A DNA stretch of 63,640 nucleotides, the filler included, from Nitrospirae bacterium CG2_30_53_67 (GTDB taxonomy: Bacteria; CG2-30-53-67), in the NCBI GenBank assembly GCA_001873285.1. It is 4 parts of 4 records of this genome, joined end to end, with 100 filler letters (N's around TTAATTAATTAA, not from the genome) between each part and the next. Parts side by side here need not be neighbours in the genome. Positions count along the whole stretch, not along the records: positions 1 to 18,455 come from MNYV01000060.1; 3 more parts are not named here. One strand, given 5' to 3'. Positions 1 to 9,317 of the stretch are shown in pieces. The notes beneath the pieces are model-generated. The model searched no databases and was not told the origin of the DNA. It saw only the letters and a program-made list of their open reading frames with translations. A program made the position numbers and the translations under genes. The stretch's first letter is position 1. Each line of letters starts with the position of its first letter.

Positions 1-104
1 TCCATCACGGTAATGCGGGCGCCGCGAATGGCCGGCTGCCCGGAGGCAATTTTCGAGTCTACAGATATGTAAGGGTGGCTGGTCTTTCTTTCCGCAACAG
101 TCAT
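1..104 (-). CDS. DUF433-family protein, N-terminal part (runs off window start)
   Basis: Hand translation MTVAERKTSHPYISVDSKIASGQPAIRGARITVM fits the DUF433 pattern I..D..I..G.P.IRG.RI.V; AGGAGG RBS at 112-117. Not in the ORF track. Confidence 0.75.
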   Translation of the reverse strand, partial: MTVAERKTSHPYISVDSKIASGQPAIRGARITVM

Positions 105-365
105 AATCATCCCTCCTTCTGTTTTACATCGTCTCTGAATTCCGCGAAATCTTTATGTTGGGATTATACGAAGAAATGGGGATGGAGGCAAGAAAAATCA
201 AGGAGGCATGGCAATTTGTCCGGAGTCCTGTTCCATGGTATATTCAATACAGAATTGAGCGGATCAATCTTCTTTTAAAGGAGCAGGAGATGTCGGAGAT
301 CAAGAAGACGCTCAGCGGAAAGTAGGGCAGGAAACGGCTCGCTTCCGTCAAAGGGCGTGCTAAAC

Positions 366-512
366 CCAATACCGTTCAGTTAAGATGAAGTCATCCCCGA
401 ATGCCTCTATCGGGGATATGGTTTTTCAGGCAGCTTAAACCAGATTCCCGCTCAGAATCGTTGCGGGAATGACAAAATTCGTGACCGATTATCCTTAAGT
501 GAACAGTATTGG
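366..512. mobile_element. MITE-like element with 19-bp terminal inverted repeats and an internal REP-like double hairpin
   Basis: CCAATACCGTTCAGTTAAG (366-384) vs CTTAAGTGAACAGTATTGG (494-512), 2 mismatches; internal GTCATCCCCGA..TCGGGGAT...ATTCCCGC..GCGGGAATGAC (390-473). Confidence 0.65.
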
Positions 513-514
513 TG

Positions 515-1762
515 CTAAACCTCGTCTTCCCCTGTTGCCTCAACTTCCATACCGGCAGTCAGCAAATCCACATCCTCATCAGGCGCTGCCGGCAGTCCTC
601 GCTGAGTTCTAAGATCTTCAATTTTATTTAAAACAATATCGAGCTTCCTCTGCCGCGTGGACGTGATGGCATCGTATTCGTTTTGTGCCTCTGCAATCTT
701 TCTGCCCAGCAGATCAAATTTCTTAATATAGTCACCCCATTGTTTCTTGAATTGCCCCAGCAACGATAGTATTTCATTAGAAGTCCGCTCCAATGCGAAG
801 TTGTCAACAGCCTGTCGAATCACGGCCAGAACGGCAAAGAGCGTGATGGGAGAACAGAAGACCACTTTGTTTTTGATCCCATCATCAAAAATTGAGCTGT
901 CCTGCTCATGGATGAAGGCATAGATCTGTTCATTGGGGATAAACAACAGCACATAATCGACCGTGTTCTGTTCCGGACTGATGTATTCACGAGTTGTAAC
1001 TTCTTTAATCCGGGCTTTCACGTCTCTCAAGAAGTCATTGCGATATTTCATTTTCGACTGTTCCGAGTCAGCCTCAAGGAATTTAAGATAGTTGTCCAAA
1101 GGGAATTTAACATCCATATTCAGCGTAAGATGCCGAGGCAGGAGAAACGTGAAGTCCGGCCGCGATCCAATCCCCTGGATGGATTTCTGTTTAAGATAGT
1201 TCACATTCTCAATAAAACCCGCCAGCCGCAAGACATCCTCAGCCATTCGCTCACCCCATTGTCCTCTGACCTTTGTGCTTGCGAGAGCTTCACGAAGCGT
1301 GTTCGTAACCTGCGTAAGAGATGAGGTCTGTTCACTCGTGATTTTCAATTGGGTTGTCAGTTCCCCGAATTTCTTCTCTCTGTCCTTTTCAAGTTCTTTC
1401 ACAAGACCGGAAACATTTTCCAATTGAGATGTCATGCGCTGCAATTGCTGGTCAATGAGACCTTTTTTTGCCTCCAAATCTTTGATATTCCCTTCTCTCT
1501 CTGACTCCAATGTGACTTTGGACAGTTTCAGAAATTCTTCTGTAGATTTTGACAGGGCATCAAGTGACAGACTCCCAAAGCTCGCTTTGACATTCTCGAT
1601 GACCGCATCTACGTCTGCCTTGCGCTGGGTTTCACTCTCTCGAAACAGCTCCCCGGCAAGTTCTTTAGCTGTCTTCGCCTGGATTAACTTTAAGGCAAAA
1701 GCAACGACAAGGCCTATAATAAATCCTGCGAGAAGCGCTATAAGAACCGGAGCCCAATTCAT
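515..1762 (-). CDS. rmuC: DNA recombination protein RmuC
   Basis: N-terminal TM helix, coiled coil, RGQWGE, RPD..DVKFPL nuclease-like motif, LFIPNE, SPITL. Confidence 0.92.
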   Translation of the reverse strand: MNWAPVLIALLAGFIIGLVVAFALKLIQAKTAKELAGELFRESETQRKADVDAVIENVKASFGSLSLDALSKSTEEFLKLSKVTLESEREGNIKDLEAKKGLIDQQLQRMTSQLENVSGLVKELEKDREKKFGELTTQLKITSEQTSSLTQVTNTLREALASTKVRGQWGERMAEDVLRLAGFIENVNYLKQKSIQGIGSRPDFTFLLPRHLTLNMDVKFPLDNYLKFLEADSEQSKMKYRNDFLRDVKARIKEVTTREYISPEQNTVDYVLLFIPNEQIYAFIHEQDSSIFDDGIKNKVVFCSPITLFAVLAVIRQAVDNFALERTSNEILSLLGQFKKQWGDYIKKFDLLGRKIAEAQNEYDAITSTRQRKLDIVLNKIEDLRTQRGLPAAPDEDVDLLTAGMEVEATGEDEV

Positions 1763-2072
1763 AGAATCCTACTTCAATGTATTTGAGAAAAACGGACAGG
1801 GACGGATGCAAACCCGAAACAGGAATTGACGAATTTCAGGCGATCCCTTTGATGTTAAAACAGCCGCAGAGGTTCCCTTTCATATCGAACCGTCCCTGAA
1901 ACCTCTCGGTTATCCATGTCCTTGAGGACAATGCCATCCCTGTCTATTCACCGACATGTCAGTTGAGTCAGACAGCCAGAAACCTCCCTGACACCATGGT
2001 CATTTGCATAGGGCAACAAATCGAATCAGGGATTGCAGACAGGATCTTGTTTTTCAGGACGTTTTAAAACCG

Positions 2073-2363
2073 TTAATGGATTTCAAGAACCGAGTTTTCG
2101 GTCCCAAAGCTATTGGCCACCTTCTTGGGACAGGAAGGATCCGTGATCCATTTCCCGTCCACGACAAACTTGTATTCATATTTTCCGGACGGCACCATGG
2201 TCTGTATCTTCCAGATGCCGTCCCTGGACCTCTTGGCCTTCAAAACATCGGGCCTCCAGCCGTTGAAATCCCCCGCAATCCCCACCCAATTCGCATCGGG
2301 AGCCGAGATTCTGAACTCCACCATCCTCCTTGCGCTCTCCTTTTTCATCTCTTTCTTCGCCAT
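2073..2363 (-). CDS. Glycogen-binding (CBM48/AMPK-beta-like, isoamylase early set) domain protein
   Basis: V.IAGDFNGW...G.W....G.YEYKFVVDGKW.TDP...N.FG..NSV; AGGAGG RBS. Confidence 0.88.
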   Translation of the reverse strand: MAKKEMKKESARRMVEFRISAPDANWVGIAGDFNGWRPDVLKAKRSRDGIWKIQTMVPSGKYEYKFVVDGKWITDPSCPKKVANSFGTENSVLEIH

Positions 2364-2583
2364 AGGTCATCCCTCCTTTTTATAACAGGTTGCACGTTCA
2401 ACCATTTGCTTTGTCAACCACCGTCAAACTTCAGGCTCACCTCCATGACGGACAAGGCCGTCGTCCATTCAGAAGATGTTTACAACATACCCGGAGGATC
2501 GGATCTTGTCAAGATGTTTACTTTTCCATGGCCGTATGTTACTATTTTTCCCGTCAAAACCGCACGATGAGGGATGACCGGTC

Positions 2584-5349
2584 ATGTTGAATCTTCGGAA
2601 CATCAGCATCTTCTACGGAATCGGGAGAAGGATTCTTCTCTGGTTCAGTCTTTTTTTCCTCATTCCCCTGCTCACCGTAAGCTTTACAGGGTATCAGCAA
2701 AGCAAAAAGGCCATCCGCAAGCAGGTTTATGACCATTTTGAATCCATGCTCGACCTGCAGAAGGAAGCCCTGATCCATTATCTGGAACAGAAAAAAGTCC
2801 AGCTTAAATCCTCGGTCGCGGAAAACGAATTCATCTTTATCTCCACGGTGGTGCTTCAGTCCGCCACCTTCGGCAAAGGAGACATCGAGGCGGCTCGGAA
2901 CCGGGTTCAGAAATACGCGGCGGAAAAGAAGATCGAGATGGCCGCCCGGGAGATTTGGATCCTGGGAAAAAACGGAGGCGTGCTCGCCTCATCCGATGCA
3001 TCCATGCTCGATTCCGACCGCAGGCTTTCCCCGGAATTCATAGCCTATCAGGCTGACCCGGCCCCCATCAAAATCCGTTATATGGAGACCTCCCATGGCC
3101 CCGAAGTCCTGATCTTCGCCCCCATCAAGAGTGAGACCGGAGAATGGGCAGGACTTTTTACCCTGTCCATCAATATAGAGGACATCTACCGTATATTGGA
3201 AAACCGGACCGGTCTTGGAGAAACGGGCGAGACCTACCTGGTTGACGACAAAGGCCGTATGATCTCCAGGTCGCGATTCCTCCCCGATGTGATTTTGAAA
3301 AAGAAGATCCGCCTGGCCGAGATCCTTGAACGCAAGGATTGGCGCATCTCTGAGAATTATCCTCTGAATTACCGCGGGCTTAAGGTCATTCAGGCCCACG
3401 CCCGGTCCCCGTACTTCGGCTGGACGTTGATCGGGGAGATGGAGACCTCCGAGGCCTTTCGCGACCTGACGGCCCAGCGCAATAAGACGATCATGATTGC
3501 GATCGTCCTCTTCATCCTTCTGGTGTTGGTCGCCGCCTTGATCTCCGAAACCCTGACCCGGCCCATCCGCGTCCTGGCCCAGGCCGCCAAGCGGGTCTCA
3601 AAAGGGGATCTCAACCAGAAGGTGGAGACCCAGCCGGGCAATGAACTGGCCGACCTGGCCTTGGAATTCAACAAGATGACCAAAAGCCTCAAGGAGTCCA
3701 AGGAAAAAATGGAGGAATGGAACGCCGGCATCCAGCAGGAAGTGGAGAACCGCACCCAGGATCTGTTGAAGTCGGAGCTCAAGTTCAGAAACCTCATGGA
3801 AAACGCCAACGATGCGATCATGATCTTCAATGCTGAAGACAGGCTCTGCTCCCTCGCCAACCTGAAAGCCGAGATTCTGACCGGATACAGACATGAGGAG
3901 ATCCTCCGAACCCGTTTCTTCGACTTCTTCCCTCCGGACCACAGCGAACGCCTCAAGGAACACTACCGGAAGGCATTGGAACGGGGTTCTGACAATCTGT
4001 ACAACATCCCCCTGCAGAGAAAAGACGGCTGGCTGGTCTTTGTGGATATCAGCAACAGCCTGATCGAATTCCAGAATCAGAAGTTCATCAACTGCATCCT
4101 TCATGACGTGACCGAGAAGCATAAAATCGAACGGGAGAGGAACGCGGTTTTTCAAATCTCAGACATTATTGCAAAATCATCGGATCTGGATACCATTCTC
4201 AGAAAGGCGCTGGACATCATCTTAAAAAATCTGGAGCTGGAGGTGGCCGTCATCTTTCTGTACGATCAGAAAACCAACGAACTCATTCTCTCATTCCAGA
4301 AGGGATTTTCCAAGGCATTCATGGATCAGTTCGCCCGGCAGGCCGTCACGGCGGATTCGGGCAGGATCTGTGTAAAAACCGCCTTCACTCAGGAGATGCA
4401 CTACCTTCAAAACCCTTTCGAGGGGAATATGGACATCTACCTGGACACGGATGTGGACAAGGATTATCTTCAGACCGTCGTGAGCCTTCCCCTCCTCGCG
4501 GAGGGAACCCTGGTCGGCGTCCTGGAGGTGATCACCAACCGCAGGCGCAGATTCTCCAGCGAAAACTTTATGCTCCTCGAAGCGCTTGCAAACCAGCTTG
4601 CCGCAGGCATCCTCCGTATCCAGTTGGAACAGGGAATGCAGGAACGGATCCAGCAGTCCGAAAAGCTTTCCAGCGTGGGCCAGCTTGCAGCGGGAATCGC
4701 CCATGAAATCGGCACCCCTCTGAACATCATCTCCGGTAATGCCGAATACCTGATGATGGACATGAAACCCGATGACCCGAAAATGGAGGAACTCTCCATC
4801 ATCATCCAGCAAACCGAACGGATTGCAAAATTGATTCAACAGCTCATGGACTTCGCCAGAAACACCCGGCCCAGCTTCGAACTCACGGACATCCATCAAC
4901 TGATAGACAACACCCTGACGCTGACCAGGCACCAAATCAAAAAACATTTCATCTCACTCACATCAAATCTGAACGGCCGTCTTCCGAAAATTGTTGCGGA
5001 CCCGAACCAGATCCAGCAGGTCTTTCTGAATATCATCATCAATGCCATCCAGGCCACGCCGGACGGAGGGAGCCTCCGCATAGAGACCGAGATCGGCCGA
5101 GACGAAGAGTCGGTCCAGGTCCGGATCTGCGATACAGGCTGCGGCATCCCCAGGGAATATATCAACAACATCTTCGATCCGTTTTTCACGACCAAGGAAG
5201 TCGGACAGGGCACCGGCCTGGGTCTTGCCGTGAGCCACCGGATCATTGAAAATCACAGAGGCAAGATCGAAGTCGAAAGCAGGGTCAATGAAGGAACCTG
5301 CTTCACGGTGATTTTACCCATCCATGCCGAGGAGACCCGAAATGAATAA
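2584..5349 (+). CDS. Membrane sensor histidine kinase (Cache-HAMP-PAS-GAF-HisKA-HATPase)
   Basis: Two TM helices, Cache motif GETYLVD, HAMP, PAS, GAF, H-box AHEIGTPL, NIIINA, DTGCGI, FFTTK, GTGLGL. Confidence 0.93.
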   Translation: MLNLRNISIFYGIGRRILLWFSLFFLIPLLTVSFTGYQQSKKAIRKQVYDHFESMLDLQKEALIHYLEQKKVQLKSSVAENEFIFISTVVLQSATFGKGDIEAARNRVQKYAAEKKIEMAAREIWILGKNGGVLASSDASMLDSDRRLSPEFIAYQADPAPIKIRYMETSHGPEVLIFAPIKSETGEWAGLFTLSINIEDIYRILENRTGLGETGETYLVDDKGRMISRSRFLPDVILKKKIRLAEILERKDWRISENYPLNYRGLKVIQAHARSPYFGWTLIGEMETSEAFRDLTAQRNKTIMIAIVLFILLVLVAALISETLTRPIRVLAQAAKRVSKGDLNQKVETQPGNELADLALEFNKMTKSLKESKEKMEEWNAGIQQEVENRTQDLLKSELKFRNLMENANDAIMIFNAEDRLCSLANLKAEILTGYRHEEILRTRFFDFFPPDHSERLKEHYRKALERGSDNLYNIPLQRKDGWLVFVDISNSLIEFQNQKFINCILHDVTEKHKIERERNAVFQISDIIAKSSDLDTILRKALDIILKNLELEVAVIFLYDQKTNELILSFQKGFSKAFMDQFARQAVTADSGRICVKTAFTQEMHYLQNPFEGNMDIYLDTDVDKDYLQTVVSLPLLAEGTLVGVLEVITNRRRRFSSENFMLLEALANQLAAGILRIQLEQGMQERIQQSEKLSSVGQLAAGIAHEIGTPLNIISGNAEYLMMDMKPDDPKMEELSIIIQQTERIAKLIQQLMDFARNTRPSFELTDIHQLIDNTLTLTRHQIKKHFISLTSNLNGRLPKIVADPNQIQQVFLNIIINAIQATPDGGSLRIETEIGRDEESVQVRICDTGCGIPREYINNIFDPFFTTKEVGQGTGLGLAVSHRIIENHRGKIEVESRVNEGTCFTVILPIHAEETRNE

Positions 5350-6694
5350 GTCAGCATCCATTCTGGTGGTGGAAGACGAAGAAAAGATGCGTGAGCTGCT
5401 CCAGAAGATCCTCTTGACCGAAGGGTACCTGGTCCAGACGGCAAGCAACGGCAGCGCCGCCCTCTCGATGATCGAGGAGCACTCCTTTGATATCGTCCTG
5501 ACGGACGTGAAGATGCCGGGCCTCGGCGGGATCGAGCTTTTGAAGGCCGTCAGGGGGATATCCAAGAAGACCTATGTGATCATCATGACCGCCTTCGGGA
5601 CCATTGACTCGGCCGTGGAGGCCATGAAACAGGGGGCTTATGACTACATCTCCAAACCCTTCAAAATGGATGAGATCCGGATCCTCATGAACAAGATCCT
5701 GGATGAGAAGGCCCTTCGTCACGAAGTGAACTCCCTGCGCAGAGAGGTGAACCGCCGGTACCAGTACAGCAACATCATCGGGAAGAGCAAAGGCATGCAG
5801 GAAATCTTCGAGCTGATCGAAAGGGTCTCCGACGGCAAGAGCACGGTGCTGATCCAGGGAAGGAGCGGGACAGGCAAGGAACTCGTGGCCAAAGCCATCC
5901 ACTATAACGGTCCCAGGAAGGACAAACCCTTCATGGCCGTCAACTGCAGCGCCATCCCCGAAACCCTCCTGGAAAGCGAGCTCTTCGGTCATGTTAAGGG
6001 GGCCTTCACCGGCGCCGTCACCACGAAAACCGGACTCTTTGAGGAGGCCGACGGCGGGACCCTGTTCCTGGACGAGATCGGGGACCTCTCACTATCCATG
6101 CAGGTCAAACTGCTGCGGGTCCTGCAGGAAAGGGAGATCAAGCCGGTCGGGGGAACGGAGTCGAAAAAGATCGACATCCGCCTCATCACCGCCACCCACC
6201 AGGACCTGGCGGAAAAAATAAGGCAGGGGACCTTCCGGGAAGACCTCTATTACCGGTTGAACGTCATCAACATCATCATCCCCCCTCTCAAGGACCGCCC
6301 CGAGGATATCCCTCTTCTGGCCCGTCATTTTCTGAACCTTTACGCCAAGGAGAACAACCGGAGCGGGATGACCGTCTCCAGGGAGGTTCTCGAGGCGTTC
6401 ATCAACTATCCGTGGACCGGAAACGTCCGGGAGCTGGAAAACATCATCGAACGGGCCGTCATCCTATGCAAGGGGAATGAGATCACCTTGGAGGACCTTC
6501 CGCCTCACTTCCTCAAGGAGAGCCGGGAGAGTCTGGAGAAAACAGATCTCAGCAGCCTCTCGCTGGATGAGGTGGAAAAGGAGCATATCCAACGCGTCCT
6601 TGAAAGCGTAGGCGGGCACAAAATGAAAGCCGCTGAGATCCTTAAGATCGACCGGAGAACCCTCTACAGGAAACTCCAGAGCTATAACCTGTGA
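5342..6694 (+). CDS. Sigma54-dependent response regulator (NtrC/AtoC/ZraR family)
   Basis: REC domain, Walker A GRSGTGKE, GAFTGA, FLDEIG, FREDLYYRLNV, Fis-type HTH; ATG 5342 overlaps the kinase end. Confidence 0.95.
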   Translation: MNKSASILVVEDEEKMRELLQKILLTEGYLVQTASNGSAALSMIEEHSFDIVLTDVKMPGLGGIELLKAVRGISKKTYVIIMTAFGTIDSAVEAMKQGAYDYISKPFKMDEIRILMNKILDEKALRHEVNSLRREVNRRYQYSNIIGKSKGMQEIFELIERVSDGKSTVLIQGRSGTGKELVAKAIHYNGPRKDKPFMAVNCSAIPETLLESELFGHVKGAFTGAVTTKTGLFEEADGGTLFLDEIGDLSLSMQVKLLRVLQEREIKPVGGTESKKIDIRLITATHQDLAEKIRQGTFREDLYYRLNVINIIIPPLKDRPEDIPLLARHFLNLYAKENNRSGMTVSREVLEAFINYPWTGNVRELENIIERAVILCKGNEITLEDLPPHFLKESRESLEKTDLSSLSLDEVEKEHIQRVLESVGGHKMKAAEILKIDRRTLYRKLQSYNL

Positions 6695-6779
6695 AACCCG
6701 TTAAAAATGATTTACTTTCTCCCTTTAATCAGATAAATTATTAAGTCCGTTTACCGGATTCCCATAGGAGAAAATTACC

Positions 6780-7238
6780 ATGAAAGCCAAAAACATCATG
6801 AATCCATCCCCCATCACCATCCATGCGGATGCCACGATCCAAGACCTGGTCAACCTCCTCAATGATAAGAAATTCGACGGGTTATGCGTGGTGGAAGGCG
6901 AAAACAAACTGGTCGGGGTGGTGACCCTTTTCGAACTTTACGAGGCCTTTCTTCCCGGCTATGTCATGATGAAGGAGGAACTGGCCCACTTGATTCATGA
7001 CGGGTACTTCGAAAAGAAGTGCAGGGAAATAAGAAACCAGCCGGTCCGCTCGATCATGAGGTCCGACCTCGTCAAAATCAAGGAAGAGGATACGCTCATC
7101 AGTGTGCTGGCCGATATCGTGAAATCCCGCCTTCAGGTGGTCCCGGTGACCCGAGGGGATACGCTCATCGGCATGATCCACAAAAAAAGCCTCCTCTCTT
7201 ACACGAGCAAGGTGCTGATAGAAAATCATTCGAACTGA
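6780..7238 (+). CDS. CBS-pair domain protein
   Basis: Two CBS repeats (AKNIM..PITI...LVGVVT; VRSIM...VPV...LIGMI); AGGAG RBS. Confidence 0.88.
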   Translation: MKAKNIMNPSPITIHADATIQDLVNLLNDKKFDGLCVVEGENKLVGVVTLFELYEAFLPGYVMMKEELAHLIHDGYFEKKCREIRNQPVRSIMRSDLVKIKEEDTLISVLADIVKSRLQVVPVTRGDTLIGMIHKKSLLSYTSKVLIENHSN

Positions 7239-7259
7239 CGCTGCATAAGGAGCACGACG

Positions 7260-8618
7260 GTGATGAACCCATTCTGGACAGCCACTCTGATATTCATAAT
7301 ATCCTATGCCGTTATCGTTTCCGAAAAGATCCACAAGACCAAGGTGGCGCTGGCAGGGGCCTCGTTGATGCTGATCCTGAAGATCGTGGATCAGAAAGAA
7401 GCCTTTCACAGCGAGGAACTGGGGATAGACTACAACGTGATTTTCCTGTTGATCTCCATGATGATGATCATCGGGATCATGAAAAGGACCGGGATCTTTG
7501 AATACGTGGCCATCAAATCCGCCAAAATAGCCAAGGGAGAGCCCTTCCGGATTATGGCCATCTTCTCGGTGGTCACGGCCGTTGCCTCCGCCTTCCTGGA
7601 CAATGTGACCACGGTCCTGCTCCTCGCCCCGGTCACCCTCCTCGTGGCCGACGAACTCGATATGGACCCGATCCCGTTTCTCATCACCGAGGCCCTGGCC
7701 TCCAACATCGGGGGGACCGCGACCCTGATCGGCGACCCTCCGAACATCATGATCGCGAGCAAGGCCAGGCTGACTTTCATGGACTTCATCCTCCACCTGG
7801 CTCCGGTGGTGATCATCATCATGATCGTTTACATCTACACGATCAAGCTGATCTTCGGCAGGAAGCTCAAGGTCAAGGAAGATCTCAAAAAGCGGATCAT
7901 GGAGATCCAGGAGAAGGACCTGATCAAGGATCCGGTACTTCTCAGGAAATGCCTGGCGGTGCTCGGCATCACCATCTTCGGATTCGTGATCCACGGGTTT
8001 CTCCACTTTGAGCCCGCGACCATCGCCCTGGCCGGCGCCGCCCTGCTCTTCCTCATCTCCGGGGAAAAACCGCATGACATCTTTCTGGAAGTGGAATGGC
8101 CCAGCATCTTCTTTTTTATCGGTCTTTTTATTATCGTGGGCGGGGTGGTCAAGGTCGGACTGATCGAGAAGATGAGCCGGATGATGATTGATCTCACCGG
8201 CCCGACACAGACCAATATGTTCACGACCTCCATGGTCATACTCTGGTTCTCGGCCATTGCCTCAGCCATCGTGGACAACATCCCCTTCGTGGCGACCATG
8301 AATCCCCTGATCCTGGACATGGCCAACAACATCTACCACGCAGGGGGCGCGGCATCCCATGCGCTCCCGCCTGAGACCATACACAACGCCGTGCTCATGC
8401 CGGTCTGGTGGGCCCTTGCTCTCGGGGCCTGCCTGGGAGGGAACGGTACAGCCATCGGCGCTTCGGCCAACGTGATCATCATCGGCATGGCGGAAAAGGC
8501 CAGGAAACCGATCTCTTTTCTTAAGTTTATGGCCTACGGCATACCGATCATGATCGAAACCGTCGTCATCTCCATGATCTACATCTGGGTGCGATATTAT
8601 ATCTTGACGGCTTCGTAA
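7260..8618 (+). CDS. ArsB/NhaD (SLC13-like) anion/cation permease
   Basis: Polytopic membrane protein with LDNVTT, SNIGGTATLIGDPPN, VDNIPF and GACLGGNGT.IGASAN motifs. Confidence 0.92.
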   Translation: MMNPFWTATLIFIISYAVIVSEKIHKTKVALAGASLMLILKIVDQKEAFHSEELGIDYNVIFLLISMMMIIGIMKRTGIFEYVAIKSAKIAKGEPFRIMAIFSVVTAVASAFLDNVTTVLLLAPVTLLVADELDMDPIPFLITEALASNIGGTATLIGDPPNIMIASKARLTFMDFILHLAPVVIIIMIVYIYTIKLIFGRKLKVKEDLKKRIMEIQEKDLIKDPVLLRKCLAVLGITIFGFVIHGFLHFEPATIALAGAALLFLISGEKPHDIFLEVEWPSIFFFIGLFIIVGGVVKVGLIEKMSRMMIDLTGPTQTNMFTTSMVILWFSAIASAIVDNIPFVATMNPLILDMANNIYHAGGAASHALPPETIHNAVLMPVWWALALGACLGGNGTAIGASANVIIIGMAEKARKPISFLKFMAYGIPIMIETVVISMIYIWVRYYILTAS

Positions 8619-8956
8619 AAAGTCCATCTGCGGCGTTGCGCCGCGTCCTTCGCCTGCCTGTGCGTGACCGCACGCAGACAGGTCATTGCAGCGTACATCT
8701 AAGTGGCCCTATTCGTAAATACGGTCGCATTCGAGTGCCGTAGGGCGGCCTCATCTGCGTTCCGCTCCTTGCGGCGTACCACAGTGGGTACACCTCAGTC
8801 GCGCGCGGAGATGAGGCCGCCCTACGACCCTCTCGGTACGTTACCATATTTACGAACAGGACCACTAAGTACGCCTCATTCCTCAGGACTTGCGCGCCTT
8901 GCATCTGGGCCTTTTTTCTTTGCCGTCACATTTGAGGACTTCTTACGAGTCCATCA
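8605..8956. mobile_element. Composite nested MITE: outer element (20-bp imperfect TIRs) containing a 30-bp palindrome and a 163-bp inner MITE
   Basis: TGACGGCTTCGTAAAAAGTC (8605-8624) / GACTTCTTACGAGTCCATCA (8937-8956); CCTGCCTGTGCG..CGCACGCAGACAGG (8653-8682); inner element 8703-8865. Confidence 0.75.
8703..8865. mobile_element. MITE family A copy 1 (19-bp TIR, TAA target duplication)
   Basis: GTGGCCCTATTCGTAAATA / TATTTACGAACAGGACCAC flanked by TAA (8700-8702, 8866-8868); inverted homologue at 21665-21847. Confidence 0.8.
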
Positions 8957-8987
8957 TATTTTGGCTTGAAAAACAGAGGGGGATCGT

Positions 8988-9314
8988 TCAGACGTCCTCA
9001 AGTTCAGCGAAGCTGTTCCCTGAAAAGCGGCTTCGAAGTTCCTTCTCGATGTCTCTCTTCTCGTTCAGCGGATGCTGCGGGCCGCCGATTTCGGCCTGAT
9101 CAACCATTCCCTGCAAAGGCTCATCCTGAATCTGAGATGAAGGATCCTCTTCGCGTACGAGAGGACGCCTCCTCTTCATCCGCTCCTGCATGAGGCGGCT
9201 CACCTGCTCCTCGGGATCCGGCAGGAAGTCATCCACGGGGAGGCGATCTTGGTATCTCCGGACAGCGGTTTCCAGACCGGTCCATAACTTTCCGTAGTCC
9301 ATCTTGGATTCCAT
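8988..9314 (-). CDS. Hypothetical protein, last gene of the TPR operon
   Basis: 108-aa ORF starting 3 bp after the upstream stop on the same strand; no recognisable motif. Confidence 0.65.
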   Translation of the reverse strand: MESKMDYGKLWTGLETAVRRYQDRLPVDDFLPDPEEQVSRLMQERMKRRRPLVREEDPSSQIQDEPLQGMVDQAEIGGPQHPLNEKRDIEKELRSRFSGNSFAELEDV

Positions 9315-9317
9315 GGT

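Noticed and set aside
1830..2500. Hairpins around the CBM48 gene as a possible riboswitch or 6S RNA
   Set aside because: I could not match any conserved motif by eye; an Rfam/Infernal scan would be needed.
6695..6780. Expected sigma54 -24/-12 promoter before the CBS/permease genes
   Set aside because: No TGGCAC-N5-TTGC-like motif is visible.
8683..8969. Similar short ORFs at 8703-8969 and 21710-21919 (MALFVNT.AFECRRA)
   Set aside because: Translations of the same MITE, not a gene family.
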